64,000 nt of DNA, taken from contig OZ024758.1 in the NCBI GenBank assembly GCA_964016885.1, positions 11,408,001 through 11,472,000 on the forward strand, in the 5' to 3' direction. This DNA is from Eledone cirrhosa (taxonomy: Eukaryota). A program made the translations under genes and the position numbers. Every line of letters begins with the position of its first letter. Position 1 is the first letter of the stretch. Of the stretch, positions 1-15,374 are shown piece after piece. Under the pieces are notes generated by a model. That model did no database searches and was not told the origin of the DNA. It saw only the letters and a list, made by a program, of their open reading frames with translations.

Positions 1-480
1 CTTTTATGAAGAATCGAATCTGTTAGATGAAATATTGATTACTTAAGAGGAATATGGTGAATGATGTGATTGATATTTTACATGTTGATTTGTTGTAGAG
101 GTGGTGGTTTTGTTGTGGTTGGTGATGGTGGTGTTGTTGTGGTGGTGTTGTTGTGGTAGTGGTGGTGGTTTTGTTGTGGTGGTGGTGTTGTTGTGGTGGC
201 GGTGTTTTTGTGGTTGAGATCGTGGTGTTGTAGTGGTGGTGGTTTTGATGTGATTGGTGTTGTTGTTGTTGTGGTGGTGGTTTTAATGTGGTTGGTGGTG
301 GTGTTGTGGTTGGTGGTGTTGTTGTGGTGGTGCTTTTGTTGTTGTAGTGGTAGTGGTTTAGATGTGGTTGGTGGTGGTGTTGTTGTTGTTGTAATAGTAG
401 TTGTGGTGTTAGTGGTTTAAGTAGAACTATTACATTTGAAGAGAGAATTAAAGGTATACATAATAAAATATTTGCTTGGA

Positions 481-870
481 AGACCATGTAATGTAGAGCA
501 TGTAATGTAGAGCATGTAATGTAGAGCATGCAATGTAGAGCATGTAATGTAGAGCGTGTAATGTAGAGCATTTAATGTAGACCATGTGATGTAGACCATG
601 TGATGTAGAGCATGTAATGTAGAGCATGTAATGTAGACCATGTAATGTAGAGCATGTCATGTAGAGCATGTAATGTAGAGCACGTAATGTAGAGCATATA
701 ATGTAGACCACGTAAGGTAGACCATGTAATGTAGAGCATGTAATGTAGACCATGTAATGTAGAGCATGTCATGTAGAGCATGTAATGTAGAGCACGTAAT
801 GTAGACCATGTAATGTAGAGCGTGTAATGTAGAGCGTGTAATGTAGACCATGTAATGTAGAGCGTGTAAT
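481..870. repeat. 14-bp minisatellite (CATGTAATGTAGAG)
   Basis: Direct tandem units with variants. Confidence 0.95.
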
Positions 871-1158
871 GTGATGATGGTGGTGATGATGGTGATGGTG
901 TTGTTGGTGGCGATGCTGTTGATGGTGGTGATGGGGGTGATGGTGTTGTTGGTGTTGTTGGTGTTGTTGGTGTTGTTGGTGTTGTCTCAGCTGGACATCA
1001 ATGATAACAATGTCTAACAGACATACTCTGCTAAGACAGGATTAAAGGGTTAAAACAATAACACCAACATGTTTGTGAAGAATTATTTTCTTTTCATCGG
1101 TTTCACTTCCTGAAGAGAATTTCTGAGAAGTGTCACCATAAATAATAAGTAAGAAGTC

Positions 1159-1557
1159 TGTTAGTGTGGTGTTGTTAGTGTGGTGTTGTTAGTGTGGTGT
1201 TGTTAGTGTGGTGTTGTTAGTGTGGTGTTGTTAGTGTGGTGTTGTTAGTGTGGAGTCGTTAGTGTGGTGTTGTTAGTGTGGAGTTGTTAGTGTGGTGTTG
1301 TTAGTGTGGTGTTGTTAGTGTGGAGTCGTTAGTGTGGTGTTGTAAGTGTGGTGTTGTTAGTGTGGTGTTGTTAGTGTGGTATTGTTAGTGTGGTGTTATT
1401 AGTGTGGTGTTGTTAGTGTGGTGTTGTTAGTGTGGAGTTGTTAGTGTGGTGTTGTTAGTGTGGTGTTGTTAGTGTGGTGTTGTTAGTGGGGTGTTGTTAG
1501 TGTGGTGTTGTTAGTGTGGAGTTGTTAGTATGGTGTTGTTAGTGTGGCGTTGTTAGT
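1159..1557. repeat. 14-bp minisatellite (TTAGTGTGGTGTTG)
   Basis: Direct tandem units. Confidence 0.95.
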
Positions 1558-1639
1558 GATACTTAGTGTAAAACATTGTTTAAAGAAGCGGTGTGAGAAT
1601 ATCTGTAGGAAGGTCAAAAGGTGATTGAGAGAAATAGGC

Positions 1640-1919
1640 TATGTATGTATGTATGTATGTATGTATGTATGTATGTATGTATGTATGTATGTATGTATGT
1701 ATGTATGTATGTATGTATGTATGTATGTGTGTGTATGTATGTATGTATGTGTGTATGTATGTATGTATGTATGTATGTGTGTGTATGTATGTATGTATGT
1801 GTGTATGTATGTATGTATGTATGTATGTGTGTGTGTGCGTCTGTATGCATGTATGTGAGAGGGATAAAGAGGTGAGGGAGAAAAAGATGAGGACTAAGAG
1901 ATATAGAGATAGATAGAGA

Positions 1920-1999
<80 letters not shown>

Positions 2000-2057
2000 G
2001 AGATGTATGATAATAAAGGTGGTGACATTTTGAGAGAGAGAAGATAGATAGATAGAT

Positions 2058-2148
<91 letters not shown>

Positions 2149-2272
2149 TGGAAATAGAGATAACAGCATCAGAGAGAAAGAGAGAAAGACTGAGAGGAAG
2201 AGAGATAGAGGAAGAGAGAGAGAGAGGGGAGTGTGTGTGTGTGTGTGTGTGAGCGAGAGAGAGAGAGGGAGA

Positions 2273-2324
<52 letters not shown>

Positions 2325-2372
2325 GAGAGAGAGAGAGATAGAAAGAGATAGATAGATAGATAGATAGAGAGA
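1640..2372. repeat. Compound microsatellite (TATG)n, (GA)n, (GT)n
   Basis: Seen directly. Confidence 0.95.
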
Positions 2373-2712
2373 GAAAACTAAGCTGGAAAAAGACAAAAAT
2401 GAAACGACCTTCATACATAGTAGCAGGCAATATTTCTAAAACAATAACTGTTATATACACCAACTTGAGATCAATCTAGAGATTTTATCATCTTCCTCAT
2501 CCTTATCATCTTTATCCTCTTCCTCCACCTCCTCATCTTCCTCCACCGTCACAATATGATTATCTCCCCCTCCCCCTCTAATACTCCGCCTGTCACTTTT
2601 TATTAAATTTTTGTCATTGACGTCACAATCACTGTTCCTCTTTAGAAGTCTATATTTATCGATATCTCACTAACTATAGATTGTTTTCTTTTATTCAATG
2701 TGTGGTATATAG

Positions 2713-2756
<44 letters not shown>

Positions 2757-3091
2757 CTAAATATATATATGTTTTATATATTGCTATATATATTTTATAT
2801 TTTAAGTGATGCATAATTTTGCATCGTTTAATCTGAAATCGTCAATAAAATATGTAGAGTCACAAAAATGTGCATCACTTGTAAACAAACATGGCACATG
2901 TAGCTAAAATAAGATCTGTGATGGCACGGTGGCACGATGGCACATGGGTAAAATATTCCCTCAGTGGTACTTTCATTAAATGCAGACGATATATAGTTTT
3001 ATATTATATAATCCAAAACACATTTGACCTCTAGCATTATTTTTTCAATAATCTTAAATTTCCCAAATCTGGATCCTGTCAAAATACATTG

Positions 3092-3201
<110 letters not shown>

Positions 3202-3788
3202 AGGTATGTACGTATGCATTATGTATGTATGTATAAATATGTGTATGTAATCAATGTTTTACGACATTTATCGATTTTTAAGCTGGACTAATACACTGCT
3301 GTTTTTTAGCCGAGACAACTGCCTCGTAAAGTATTATATGGATGACAAATCATTAAAAATATGTCATAAATAACAGGTGCTTGGCGTTATTTGATTGTCA
3401 AACACAGCTGATAGAAGCACAAGTTTTGTTTATACTCTTGTAATAATATAATCTCTGGCTTTCACAGGATTCCAAAAAGATGAGAGAAGCAAAAAAAAAA
3501 CATGATTAATTAATTTTCTTCCTTAATACATAATAGGCTCTGTGTTAGAGGACATGACAGGTTTCGACTGTCAATTGTCTGAATCAGACGTAAGCAATAT
3601 ATTGGGAGAAATTATTTAGCTTTCTATGGATTGCTGTTGTTGTTGTTGTTGATATTGCATAACACTAGATCATCCCTGATCGAGTTGATCGATCATCGAA
3701 AGTCTTCCAGCCTTGGCAATCCCAGAGATTTTTTGATTTTTTTTACACGTCAAATAGCAAATAGAACCGTGAACACATCTGAACATAG

Positions 3789-3826
<38 letters not shown>

Positions 3827-3924
3827 TAACTCACACCTATGCAGGTTTAGATGGTCTCTTCTAAGGTTGTATCTCGTTGGAGGTGTCTTGGGTGATTTAA
3901 TGATATGGACTCCAGTCCCTATCA

Positions 3925-4070
3925 TCTCATTTCTACAGCTGAGTAAACTGCAGCAACGTGAAATAAAGTGCCTTGCTCAAGAAAACAACACATCACCCGG
4001 TCCGAGAATTGAACTCACAACCTTTCGATTGCGAGCCCAATACTCTAACCACTAAGCCATGCGCCTTCAC
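3925..4070 (-). mobile_element. Second tRNA-derived SINE family (CORE-like central motif)
   Basis: Minus strand shows an A box TGGCTTAGTGG, a B box GAGTTCAATTC, and CTTGAGCAAGGCACTT. Confidence 0.7.
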
Positions 4071-5974
4071 TGAACATAGATACACCTAGAACAAATGCAA
4101 AGTAATCACTGAATGTCTCTAAATAAGACTGTCAAACATCTAAATCTGAACTTAGATATACCTAGAACAAACTTTGGTGAAACAAATCATTAATGATGCC
4201 CGTATACATCGATTTTCCATCGATTACCATAGATTTTCCAAATTTGGTCACGAGTTTGGTAAAACTTAGCGCACGTGACAGTTAACCAAACCGTTGAACA
4301 AACTTGTTGGCAGGCAGAAACACTCTCAGATTTCAAGAACACTCAGGATAATTAAGAGTAGTATATATTTCAATCTATCTATGTTGTTTCATAGATGTGA
4401 GATAAATCTACATTTCAACATGGTGTAAATTTATTGCAAAACCTTATAACAGAAGTTATGGTATATATTTCTAAAATATGTGTGAATTAATACTCAATGG
4501 AGTTATATATAATGCATCGGTCAGGTTACATTACTAAACATCTATAATAGTTCTGTACTTATAATTTATAGCCTAGCAATTCGACACTTCATGCGGCCAT
4601 TTTGATTCTAAGAACAATATGACATAAACGGAAAGCAAGGAATAAAATAAATGAACATGAGATCTCAAAATCAACACAGCTCCCATGTATATACGTAAGC
4701 ATGTATGTATGTATGTATGTATGTATGTATGTATGTATGTATGTATGTATGTATGTATGTATGTATGTATGTATGTATGTATGTATGTATGCATGTATGT
4801 ATGTATGTTTTTTGTGGAGCGAGAGACCCCCTAGTCTTCGTTAAGACATCTCTCTAGGAGGTCACTCTGATATAAAACCTGCGACTTCGTTTGCATCCAA
4901 TGACGTAGACCAGTTCTACGTTTTGGGTAAATGTATTCGGTTTTCAAAAAAAGAAGGATTGGCCTCGTACAAAGCCTTTCCTAATTAAAAAATCTTCAAG
5001 CACAGGGACCGCTTGATATGTGACATTTGTTTGCGAGCATTCACCTACATAACCTTTCAAAGCAAAGAACCAGAATGTCTTTATTACGTGCAGTGTGCAA
5101 TGATCTTAAACATGGTTCAAATTATGGAGATTACTAGAGATTACTAGATATTACTTGAAGGAATGATACTGTTTCTAGTAGTTTCTATTATGTTAACTTT
5201 TCGTGAATGATATCGAATGACAACAATTATCGTTAACAGCCAGCTATATTCATCAACATCATTATTAGAAGCTTTATTTCAACTACTTAAGATAATCGTC
5301 ATCGAACGTAGATTCACCAAATTAAGCCAATGATACGACAGAAATCACAATGAAGTCAACATGAAACAATGACAGAAGATTACACTAATTAAGAGCTTTG
5401 TAGAAATTTTATTCTGGCTTCGGGTACATCGAGAAGACAGCAGCATTCAACAGTGAATACATTCAGCAGTGAATAGATTCTTAAAGAACCGAATCTAAAT
5501 CATAACAAACGCCCTTTCTTTACACCGTTTTCCTACTGTAACTCGTTCCAGTGAAAATTTCTGTATTTCATCGATTGTTTTTTGAAGTAAGTCATGTGAC
5601 TTGTTATCGAAAATAATCAATACGTATTTCATTTTTCCGTATATTTAAGATTTGCTATTTGTTCCTGGAATATCAGAGCCACTTATAGTTTGGCCAATAT
5701 TATTTCTGACAATGGAACATTCGATGTTGTGTTGAAAATAATTATATTCAATAGTGAAAATAAAATATTACAAAGATACTAAAAAATAAAAAAAATAAAA
5801 TAGATTAAATATAATATTTAATATAACATATGTCTAGAAATATGAGTTAATATGTTGGAAAGTATGTTTTGTATGACACTTATTAAAAATATTTAAACCA
5901 GAGAAATTTTAATATTATTGTTAGTAGGGAGAAGGGCAGTGAAATAACACAATCGTCAGTCGTATAAAGACAAA

Positions 5975-6310
5975 TTGTTAGAACGTTAGGTAGGAGACTT
6001 TGCGGTATTCGTTTCGGGCCTCTGTTCTCTGAGCTCAAATCCCACCGAGGTCAACTTTGTCTTTCCTATTTGCGAAATTGATAAAATAAAATTACCCGTC
6101 TAGTACTGGGGTAGATTCTTCTTCTATCTATATCTCTTTCTCACTTCTATTCTCTCTCTCTCTCTCTCTCTCTATCCTTCTCTGGAAGAAATCTACTGTA
6201 TTTAGACCTGGAGAGGAGATGGGCACCGCCAGGCTTTAAAAACAAATACCCTTGAAACTCTGTATGTCAATATGGCGTCCCTTCGACTCCCTTAGAAGTT
6301 ACGGGACCAA
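5975..6310 (+). mobile_element. Old SINE fused to a CT-rich/TGGAAGAAA..GGCGTCCC..AGTTACGGGACCA module
   Basis: The same composite occurs at 27870-28143. The module also occurs at 63020-63287. Confidence 0.6.
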
Positions 6311-6878
6311 ATATACTAAACAATATAAAGATATTTATAGCTGTGTCAGAAGACCCCCCCCAAAAAAAAACAAAACAAAACAAAAAAACTTAGATTAAAT
6401 GTTAAGACGACAAGATCTTAACAGAAATTGATAAACATATTTTCAATGGTTAACACGTCAAAGAATGAATGTTGTTCATTTCAAGAGAGAAAACCATTGT
6501 CTTTCGAATAATTTTGATGCCACATATTTTGGTAACATGGAGAGAGAATATTTCCTCACTCTATTCAATATATAGTGGTGATATTTGAATTCTATTGTTT
6601 GCAGATGTCTTCCTCAACAACATATTCAGTTAATATAGTAACACTGCATTAGAAATCTTGAAGCAACAGTCTATATTGTTAAATACAATATTGATTTGAA
6701 TCCATGTCTGGCTTGTTTCACCTTTCAATTCTTCCTCTCAGTTTCCTCTGTCGGTATTTTCAATGTAATGTCTTTAGAAAAACACATACAGCAACAATAG
6801 CATAATTTACTTCTACTACTACTACTACTACTACTACTGCGGCTGCTGCTGCTGCTGCTGCTGCTACTACTACTACTG

Positions 6879-6926
<48 letters not shown>

Positions 6927-6974
6927 TGTCAATCATCTATTTATCACACACATACATATATATATATATATATA

Positions 6975-7856
<882 letters not shown>

Positions 7857-7874
7857 TCCTTTGTTATATTTCGA

Positions 7875-7932
7875 ATACCTGATGATACCACCGGATTCAT
7901 ACGGAACCCGGTCATTGAAATAATCATAGTAT
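7875..7932 (+). ncRNA. Type I hammerhead ribozyme (probable)
   Basis: ATAC-CTGATGA-..ACCGG..CCGGT..-GAAA-TAATCA-TA-GTAT followed by AATAAA. The insert lies between two (TA)n tracts. Confidence 0.65.
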
Positions 7933-7984
7933 AATAAACCTTTCAAGGATTTACACAAGTCCAGCCTCCTGTTATTTTATTATA

Positions 7985-8048
<64 letters not shown>

Positions 8049-8261
8049 GTAGATAAATCTACCAAGAGTTTACGGTAGTGTCCAATCCGTATGAAGAACT
8101 CAATGTATTCCGGATATCATGGAAAGATAATTTGTATAATTTTGTACATAGATCTGTTGAATATGCATACCAATTCTAACACATATATGTCCTAGAAACG
8201 ATCGTTAAATAATGAACTTTTTTTGTTTAATATAAGGAATTGTTTATTCATTATTTGTTTA

Positions 8262-8322
<61 letters not shown>

Positions 8323-8566
8323 TTTGCTTTGGCCCCACTCGGTCACGAATGACCATGGTTTTGCACGTAGAAGGTTTCCTGGGCTGTTTGTTTTTGTGGA
8401 AGACCAGCAGTCGCCCATACATGCCAGTCTCACCTGTCCACGCCACTGATGTTGTCCAACGGAAAGGCACTGACCGATACAGCTTGGCACCAATGACACA
8501 TATATATATATAATGCATTATCGAAATGTTGCTTAGCTTCCTCGGGTCAGTTCGTCCTTATAGAGC

Positions 8567-8619
<53 letters not shown>

Positions 8620-8973
8620 AGAAGAAGAAGAAGAAGAAGAAGAAGAAGAAGAAGAAGAAGAAGAAGAAGAAGAAGAAGAAGAAGAAGAAGAAGAAGAAGA
8701 AGAAGAGAAACGATGTTTTCTAAGTGACTGAGTTGGAAGTGTTATCAGAAAATATTGATTACACGAGAAACAAAGAAAAGCCGTTGCTGAGGCCGGCAGA
8801 AATGTTTTTGTTATCGCTTAATCAAGCATTAAGTAGTGACATTCTCTGTAGAAAGTTCTAGAAGCTTGGCTGACATTATCTTCACATGTAATTCTATTGT
8901 GGCATGAGTGTCACATGGAATGGTAAGACAACTGGAACCGTAAGACATGAGAAAGGTCTGTGATATAATACAA

Positions 8974-9033
<60 letters not shown>

Positions 9034-9055
9034 CCCCTCTTTATATACACACATA

Positions 9056-9661
9056 CATGGTGGCTGTCAACTCGTTTTCGAGTACGACCACTACTTTATA
9101 TCCATGTAGGAGAACCCCTACCGATGCGCTGAACAAGTGTGACTTTTTAGTCCAGCCAGCGACTTGAAAACTCTCGTACAAACACTACACTTGTGACAAT
9201 TATTGACACATAGTGCTGGGCCCATGGTACCATGTGATGACAAGTGCAGAGAGATCTCCAGATATAAAGCAATGCCTGTGCCGCGAAGCTTTTATAGTGA
9301 GCAAAGGCACTGCACAAAGCCAGCCCCACTCTCTTAACCAAGATGATATTTACCAAAAAGAAGAACAAGTCAACATCATTGGATACCATCAGGGTTGCAG
9401 GTATTATATCAGAGTTTTCCTTCTAGAATTCTGCCTTGACAAAGGCTAAGGGGTCATCTCTCCCGGTGATTTTGGATGGCCATTGACTCTTGAGAGCTCC
9501 TTTGCCCTTTGACAGGTTCTGTTTTTAGTCCTGCAGGATGTCCCAAGTCACCCTCCTCACCAAGAAACCTTGGTGGGTGGCCAGTTTAGTCGCCAACGAC
9601 CCGACCATGGGACAGGTTGTACTGGGATACATGTTACCAGTAGCACCAACTGGTGACCTGA
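9056..9661 (-). mobile_element. ~600-bp non-coding interspersed element with a (TATG)n tail, copy 1
   Basis: Highly similar to 19571-20180, 37754-38354 and 28209-28617. Confidence 0.85.
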
Positions 9662-9957
9662 CATATATATAGATACATACATATATACATACACACACAC
9701 ACATATATATATATGTTTTTTTCTGTTTCACCAACTATATAGTAGTCATAGTTTTACTATAATAAAGATTGCTGTGTAAGTATATGTAGAAGTATGTGTA
9801 TAAGCAAGTAATAAAGATTGTTATGTAAGTATGTGTATAAGTAAGTATGTGTATATATATATATATATTGAAAATATTCAAAACATAAATATGCATCAAC
9901 ATAAATCGTTCAAGATAAAGTAAATAATAAAATTCAAGAAAAGCGATTTTAGAACCC

Positions 9958-10100
9958 CTACAGAACACTGCTTCCCCTCCACTTCTACAGAATACACTGC
10001 CTCTCCACCCGTACAGAACACTGCTTCCCCCCACTTCTACAGAATACACTGCTTCCCCTCCATTTCTACAGAATACCCCCCCCCCCGTACAGAGTACTGC
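9958..10100. repeat. ~25-bp minisatellite (TACAGAATACACTGCTTCCCC..)
   Basis: About 5-6 imperfect units. Confidence 0.75.
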
Positions 10101-10371
10101 ACCCACCGTAAAAACCGAATAAAATCAATAGACATAAAAATATAAATAAAATGGAAGCTGAAGAAAGTGAGACATATGAAAATCCTGAATACTAAAATTT
10201 ATTTTCACGATGAAAATAATTAAAGAGTGAAATAGAATAAAAGACATTTGTAAGAACCAACGAAAGTAATTCGAAAAGAAAAGAGATAAAATATCAAATA
10301 AAATAGAATTCTTTCCATAAAAGTCTTAGAAAAAGAGAAGACAAACATGAATATTATCAGATTTAAACAAA

Positions 10372-10418
<47 letters not shown>

Positions 10419-10560
10419 ATATAATATATATATTATCAGATTTAAATAAACTAATATATAAACCAGCCACCGTAATTACAAATAAAACGAGACATTTCTT
10501 CAGACGTATTGATATAGGAATTCTAAACTCTCAGGAAGCAACATGATATGCAAAATATAC

Positions 10561-10646
<86 letters not shown>

Positions 10647-10799
10647 ATAGAAGATATCGTAAAGACCCTAATAAAATTTACAATAAAAGGTACATAAATT
10701 GAATATAGATAGTAATACTTCAGTAATATAATATAAATAAAGATATAGTAATATAATAATATAATAGAGATAAAGATGATAGTACTACTTCAATGTAGA

Positions 10800-11290
10800 T
10801 AAAGATATAGTATTGTAACAGCAATATTATATAGAGATATAGTATTGTAACAGAAATATTATATAGAGATATAGTATTATAATAGCAATATTATATAGAT
10901 AGAGATATAGTATTGTAACAGAAATATTATATAGAGATATAGTATTGTAACAGCAATATTATATAGAGATATAGTATTGTAACAGAAATATTATATAGAG
11001 ATATAATATTATAATAGCAATATTATATAGATATAGATATAGTATTGTAACAGAAATATTATATAGAGATATAATATTATAATAGCAATATTATATAGAT
11101 AGAGATAGAGTATTGTAACAGAAATATTATATAGAGATATAGTATTGTAACAGAAATATTATATAGAGATATAGTATTATGATAGCAATATTATATAGAT
11201 ATAGATATAGATATAGTATTGTAATAGCAATATTATATAGAGATATAGTATTGTAATAGCAATATTATATAGATAGAGATATAGTGTTAT
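10800..11290. repeat. ~32-38-bp AT-rich minisatellite
   Basis: AGAGATATAGTATTGTAACAGAAATATTATAT units. Confidence 0.9.
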
Positions 11291-11933
11291 AAATTATAAA
11301 ATAAAACATGAATTAGCCGGAAAAGCCAATAAAAAAGACTAAATTTTCCAGACGTTACAGAAAAAATGTTCTAAAAATCATGGTTCATGACAAAAGTAGA
11401 AGCAACATCGTAGAAAAAAAATATTTTAACAACACATCTTCAATGATTCAGCTTGAAATATCTACACACCCACACACAAACATACACACACACACAAACA
11501 TACACACACACACAGACAGACACACACACACAGACACACACACACACATGATGGATGATTGCTTCATCTTGTCAGATGATAACCGTCTCATCATCGTTTC
11601 AATCTTCTCCAGGCAAGTTTACAGCTTTCCATATACAGAGAGGTGACTTTTTAATCCACCAACTGATTCACAATGCCCTTGGCACGAGTAATATTCTTAC
11701 ATAGACAAATACTGACAAACACACCTTTCTATACAAACGCACATAAAGGTGTGTTTATAATTGACATCCTATTTTCTTTTCCTTTTATTGCCCTGCAGTT
11801 CTGAATTCAAAGTTTACCATCATTGTATTCTCCACCCACACCAAATTGATTATACCTACATACCAGAACATGTAAAAACATGTTGAAAAATATCTTCACT
11901 TGCATACTAATATACTATTGCACTCACGCATCA

Positions 11934-11980
<47 letters not shown>

Positions 11981-12154
11981 GGGAACAAGTATGACCCCGA
12001 CGGCAGAGCTCAGGCCGTTTCGATGGCTAATTCTGGAAACGGCTTGAGCTCTGCCGTCGGGGTCATACTTGTTCCTAATAACCACTCTACTACCCTAAGT
12101 ATTGAGTACTTTGATGCGTTATGGTCCATCTGGTTCCTTACCACATTTCCCTCG

Positions 12155-12213
<59 letters not shown>

Positions 12214-12444
12214 TATATATATATAATATATATATATATAACGAAGGAAAAGTGGTAAGGAACCAGATGGACCATAACGCACCAAAGTACTCAATACTTA
12301 GGGTAGTAGAGTGGGTAATAGGAAAATGTTTAACCCCGACGGCAGAGCTCAAGCTGTTTCGACGGCTATTTCTGGACTCATATATCTGAGTCCAGAAATA
12401 GCCGTCGAAACAGCTTGAGCTCTGCCGTCGGGGTTAAACATTTT

Positions 12445-12448
<4 letters not shown>
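11981..12448. mobile_element. Palindromic (TA)n-associated repeat family, two tail-to-tail copies each with a fold-back head
   Basis: 12036-12156 is inverted relative to 12239-12370 across (TA)n. There are hairpins at 11982-12076 and 12319-12448. Confidence 0.8.
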
Positions 12449-12494
<46 letters not shown>

Positions 12495-12495
<1 letters not shown>

Positions 12496-12668
12496 GTTCT
12501 TCATCTACGTTTTCCTGAGAGGGCCGTGGCGTGTATATCTATATATCTATTTGTATGTAGTTGATTGTTGAGAGAAAGGAGTACTCAATACCGAGGTAGA
12601 GTTTTAATATTCATTTTATGAATAGTGAGTCTTGTTTCGTCTTCTTATCACAGGGTCATCAGATGTAT
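12495..12668 (-). mobile_element. Degenerate HHR-bearing insert (PLE pLTR-like)
   Basis: Minus strand reads CTGATGACCCTGTGATAAGAAGACGAAAC, related to the 14199 motif, followed by CTCTAC..GTATTGAGTAC and ending in (TA)n. Confidence 0.5.
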
Positions 12669-13914
12669 GCATGTATATTTGTATATATATATTTATGTGT
12701 GCATGTGAGTGTGTGTGTGTGTGTGTAAGTGTATGCGTGTAGGTGTGTGTGTTCTCATAATACACCAAAGGTTATTCCATCGATTCATCTACACCCACTT
12801 ATTCATGTTTACAGAAGCTAAGACAGACTGAACACATTCAGTGTCAGATCAGATATATTGCATTATTTAAACTCCAATATCAAATATGTGATGGAAGATA
12901 AAGCTCGTCTCATGATCAACTCTTCCATCTTTTGTTCATCTGAACCGTTACAAAACACGACTTGTAGTTTGTCATATGTCATCAGTAATGTTGGAGTATA
13001 AACTATGTAGTATGTAACCTGAGCAGGACATGATAAATGGCCTGTCAGAAAGACAGTGATCGATGACCACAAAGTTTAACAATGAATTCGTCTTTTAATA
13101 CATGTAACTTAGAGTAGAATTTCTTTTACTGACTGTGTAAAGCATATCTAAAGTTTAAAGTCTGCTTCGAGCTTAGAGTCTCATTATGTCCGGCGTTTAT
13201 GCCGGTGGCGTTAAGCAACTGAGAGTACAAGAATCTCCCCTGAGCAGGGCACCAGTCTATCACAGGGTTAAACCCTCAGCTATGGCTCCAATATCAGTGA
13301 GTAGGGATGTGGTCTGGTGGCGTTAAGCGACTGAAAGTACAAGGCTCTCCCCTGAACAGAACACCAGTCTATCACAAGGTTAAACCCCCAGCTATTGCTC
13401 CAATATCAGTGAATAGGGATGTGGCCCGGAGGCCAAGAACGCCGGAAGTCTCTACTGCAACTGGCTCACCCACAGACCTATCAAAATCTGGAAGTATTTT
13501 ATAAACAATGGCGCAAAAACTCGCTAAAGGTTAAAAGAGAGTGCCGTCAATCACTTTATCATTCAAACGTCAATGTCTATAATATAAATACACATATCAA
13601 AGTATGGTTCAATTATCTTAATGTAATATATTTCGTTGGTGGTAGATTTATTTGAGATATGTGTAGGAGGTAAACGGTGGATGGTTGAACATGTAATACA
13701 GTCTATAATGAGAATGGCATTCAATAATGGCAAGGCCGCAAATCCAAACAGAGATGGGATGTTACTATAATTGAATGAAATTCTTATATATATATATATA
13801 ATAAATATATTACACAAATAGAAGTGTGTTACAGTTACAAAATTCTCTATTCTTCTTTGAGCTAATATTATTATTATTACTGTGAACTGCGGAATACTCT
13901 TAATTCCGATCCTA

Positions 13915-13964
<50 letters not shown>

Positions 13965-14096
13965 TAAAATAACAGATTAAAGTTTAAGCAAAGAATCGCT
14001 GCTTTCACCCTTAACGGGATCTTCTGAAACTATATTTGATATATATTTATCCTTATCGAGCCCTCTTTGGATTTTAGTCTTCAAATTGATTATTAT

Positions 14097-14198
<102 letters not shown>

Positions 14199-14248
14199 TC
14201 TTGTGTGATGACCCTGTGAAAAACAGGCGAAACACCACAGTAACAAGA
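14199..14248 (+). ncRNA. Hammerhead ribozyme with a C3>G core change
   Basis: TCTTGT-gTGATGA-c-CCTGT-gaaaa-ACAGG-c-GAAAC-accaca-GTA-ACAAGA, lying between microsatellites. Confidence 0.65.
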
Positions 14249-14275
14249 CACACTATTTAGCTTTAATAAAATGAA

Positions 14276-14337
<62 letters not shown>

Positions 14338-15374
14338 CATTTTTAATTTCTTCCACATCTTTCCAGAGAGGTATATATCAAATTATTCGAAAACGTTTGG
14401 GTGAAAATGCTTCAGCCATTCCACCTTACAGGGTCCCCTTTCCCCCTCTTGATGTCCTCTCTACATTGCCCCAGCCTTTCCGCCTTACGGGAGCCACTTT
14501 CCTATTCCTGATGCCCTCCTCATTGCTGTGCCTCAGCCATTCCACCTTATAAAGGACCCTTTCCTACGTCTGATACCCTCCTCTCGATTTGCCGAAAGAC
14601 ACCGTGGATGTCAACAGCGAAAGCAAATTACCTTACCAACTCTATTATACAACAATCTACTTGGACATCCACATCGTTATTAACGGAGTGATGTGTGACG
14701 TGTGCAGCGAAATATCTTTAACTTTAAATCTTGAAAAGTTAATTTACTTTTAGGAGCGGTGAATGGTGAGGTGATTCGACATTAATGTTATTGAAGTATG
14801 CAACAAAAATCAATTCAATTTTATCGGTTGTCAGCACAAAAGAATTAATTAGTGGTGAACTGTTTAAAAGAAAGGAAAGAAAAGTCCTGTGTTTGGCAGA
14901 ATCTAAATACAATCTGAATCTCTTGTTTAAGTTGTGATCTATTGTCTTCTAATATTCATTTTCTGTTTTATAATTAATTTTAGTTTTTTTTAAGTCACCA
15001 CGCTGGTATTGTTGTTACTTAACATCAATTCGGCCCTGATAGGTGATCAAAGGAATTCCATCCATGGAGAGGGTTTCTTGTGATTTCTGAATGCTAAGTA
15101 AGACAGTAGGGTGTATTTTAAGGAAGATTAGATGAGAACGTAGGCAGTCCTTCTAGGGAAGGGGCCCCAGGAGTTGGGGAATTGCCTTTGCGGCCTTGTT
15201 CGCGGGGCGCAGCCCCAACACCGCCGAGCCCTATGCCTAGAGCTCATCACCCTCCCTCTTCCCTCTCCCATTCTTCTGTGACCCTAGAGCCCTAGCCTTT
15301 CCCTTCATTTTCCGTTTTTATATATCTGTAGTGTTGTTACTTGCCATTAGACTGGTATTTCTACCAAATCAAGT

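Noticed and set aside
1027-1109. Possible minus-strand exon (TTCTCTTCAG..GTATGT)
   Set aside because: All three frames contain stops and there is no other support.
1159-1557. Telomere-like GT-rich array
   Set aside because: The 14-bp unit lacks TTAGGG; it is an ordinary minisatellite.
2618-2625. CRE palindrome TGACGTCA
   Set aside because: One 8-mer in 64 kb is expected by chance, and there is no linked TSS evidence.
3546-3592. Minus-strand hammerhead-like string (CTGATTCA..GAAACCTGTC)
   Set aside because: The core is mutated and it is not associated with (TA)n, so it is too weak to call.
9147-9449. Recurrent 78-80 aa ORFs (MLGPWYHV.., MVSNDVDL..) as a gene family
   Set aside because: They recur only because the host repeat is copied. 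Starts are non-ATG or on both strands, indels are present, and no domain is recognisable.
12863-13072. 69-aa minus-strand ORF
   Set aside because: No recognisable homology or convincing splice sites.
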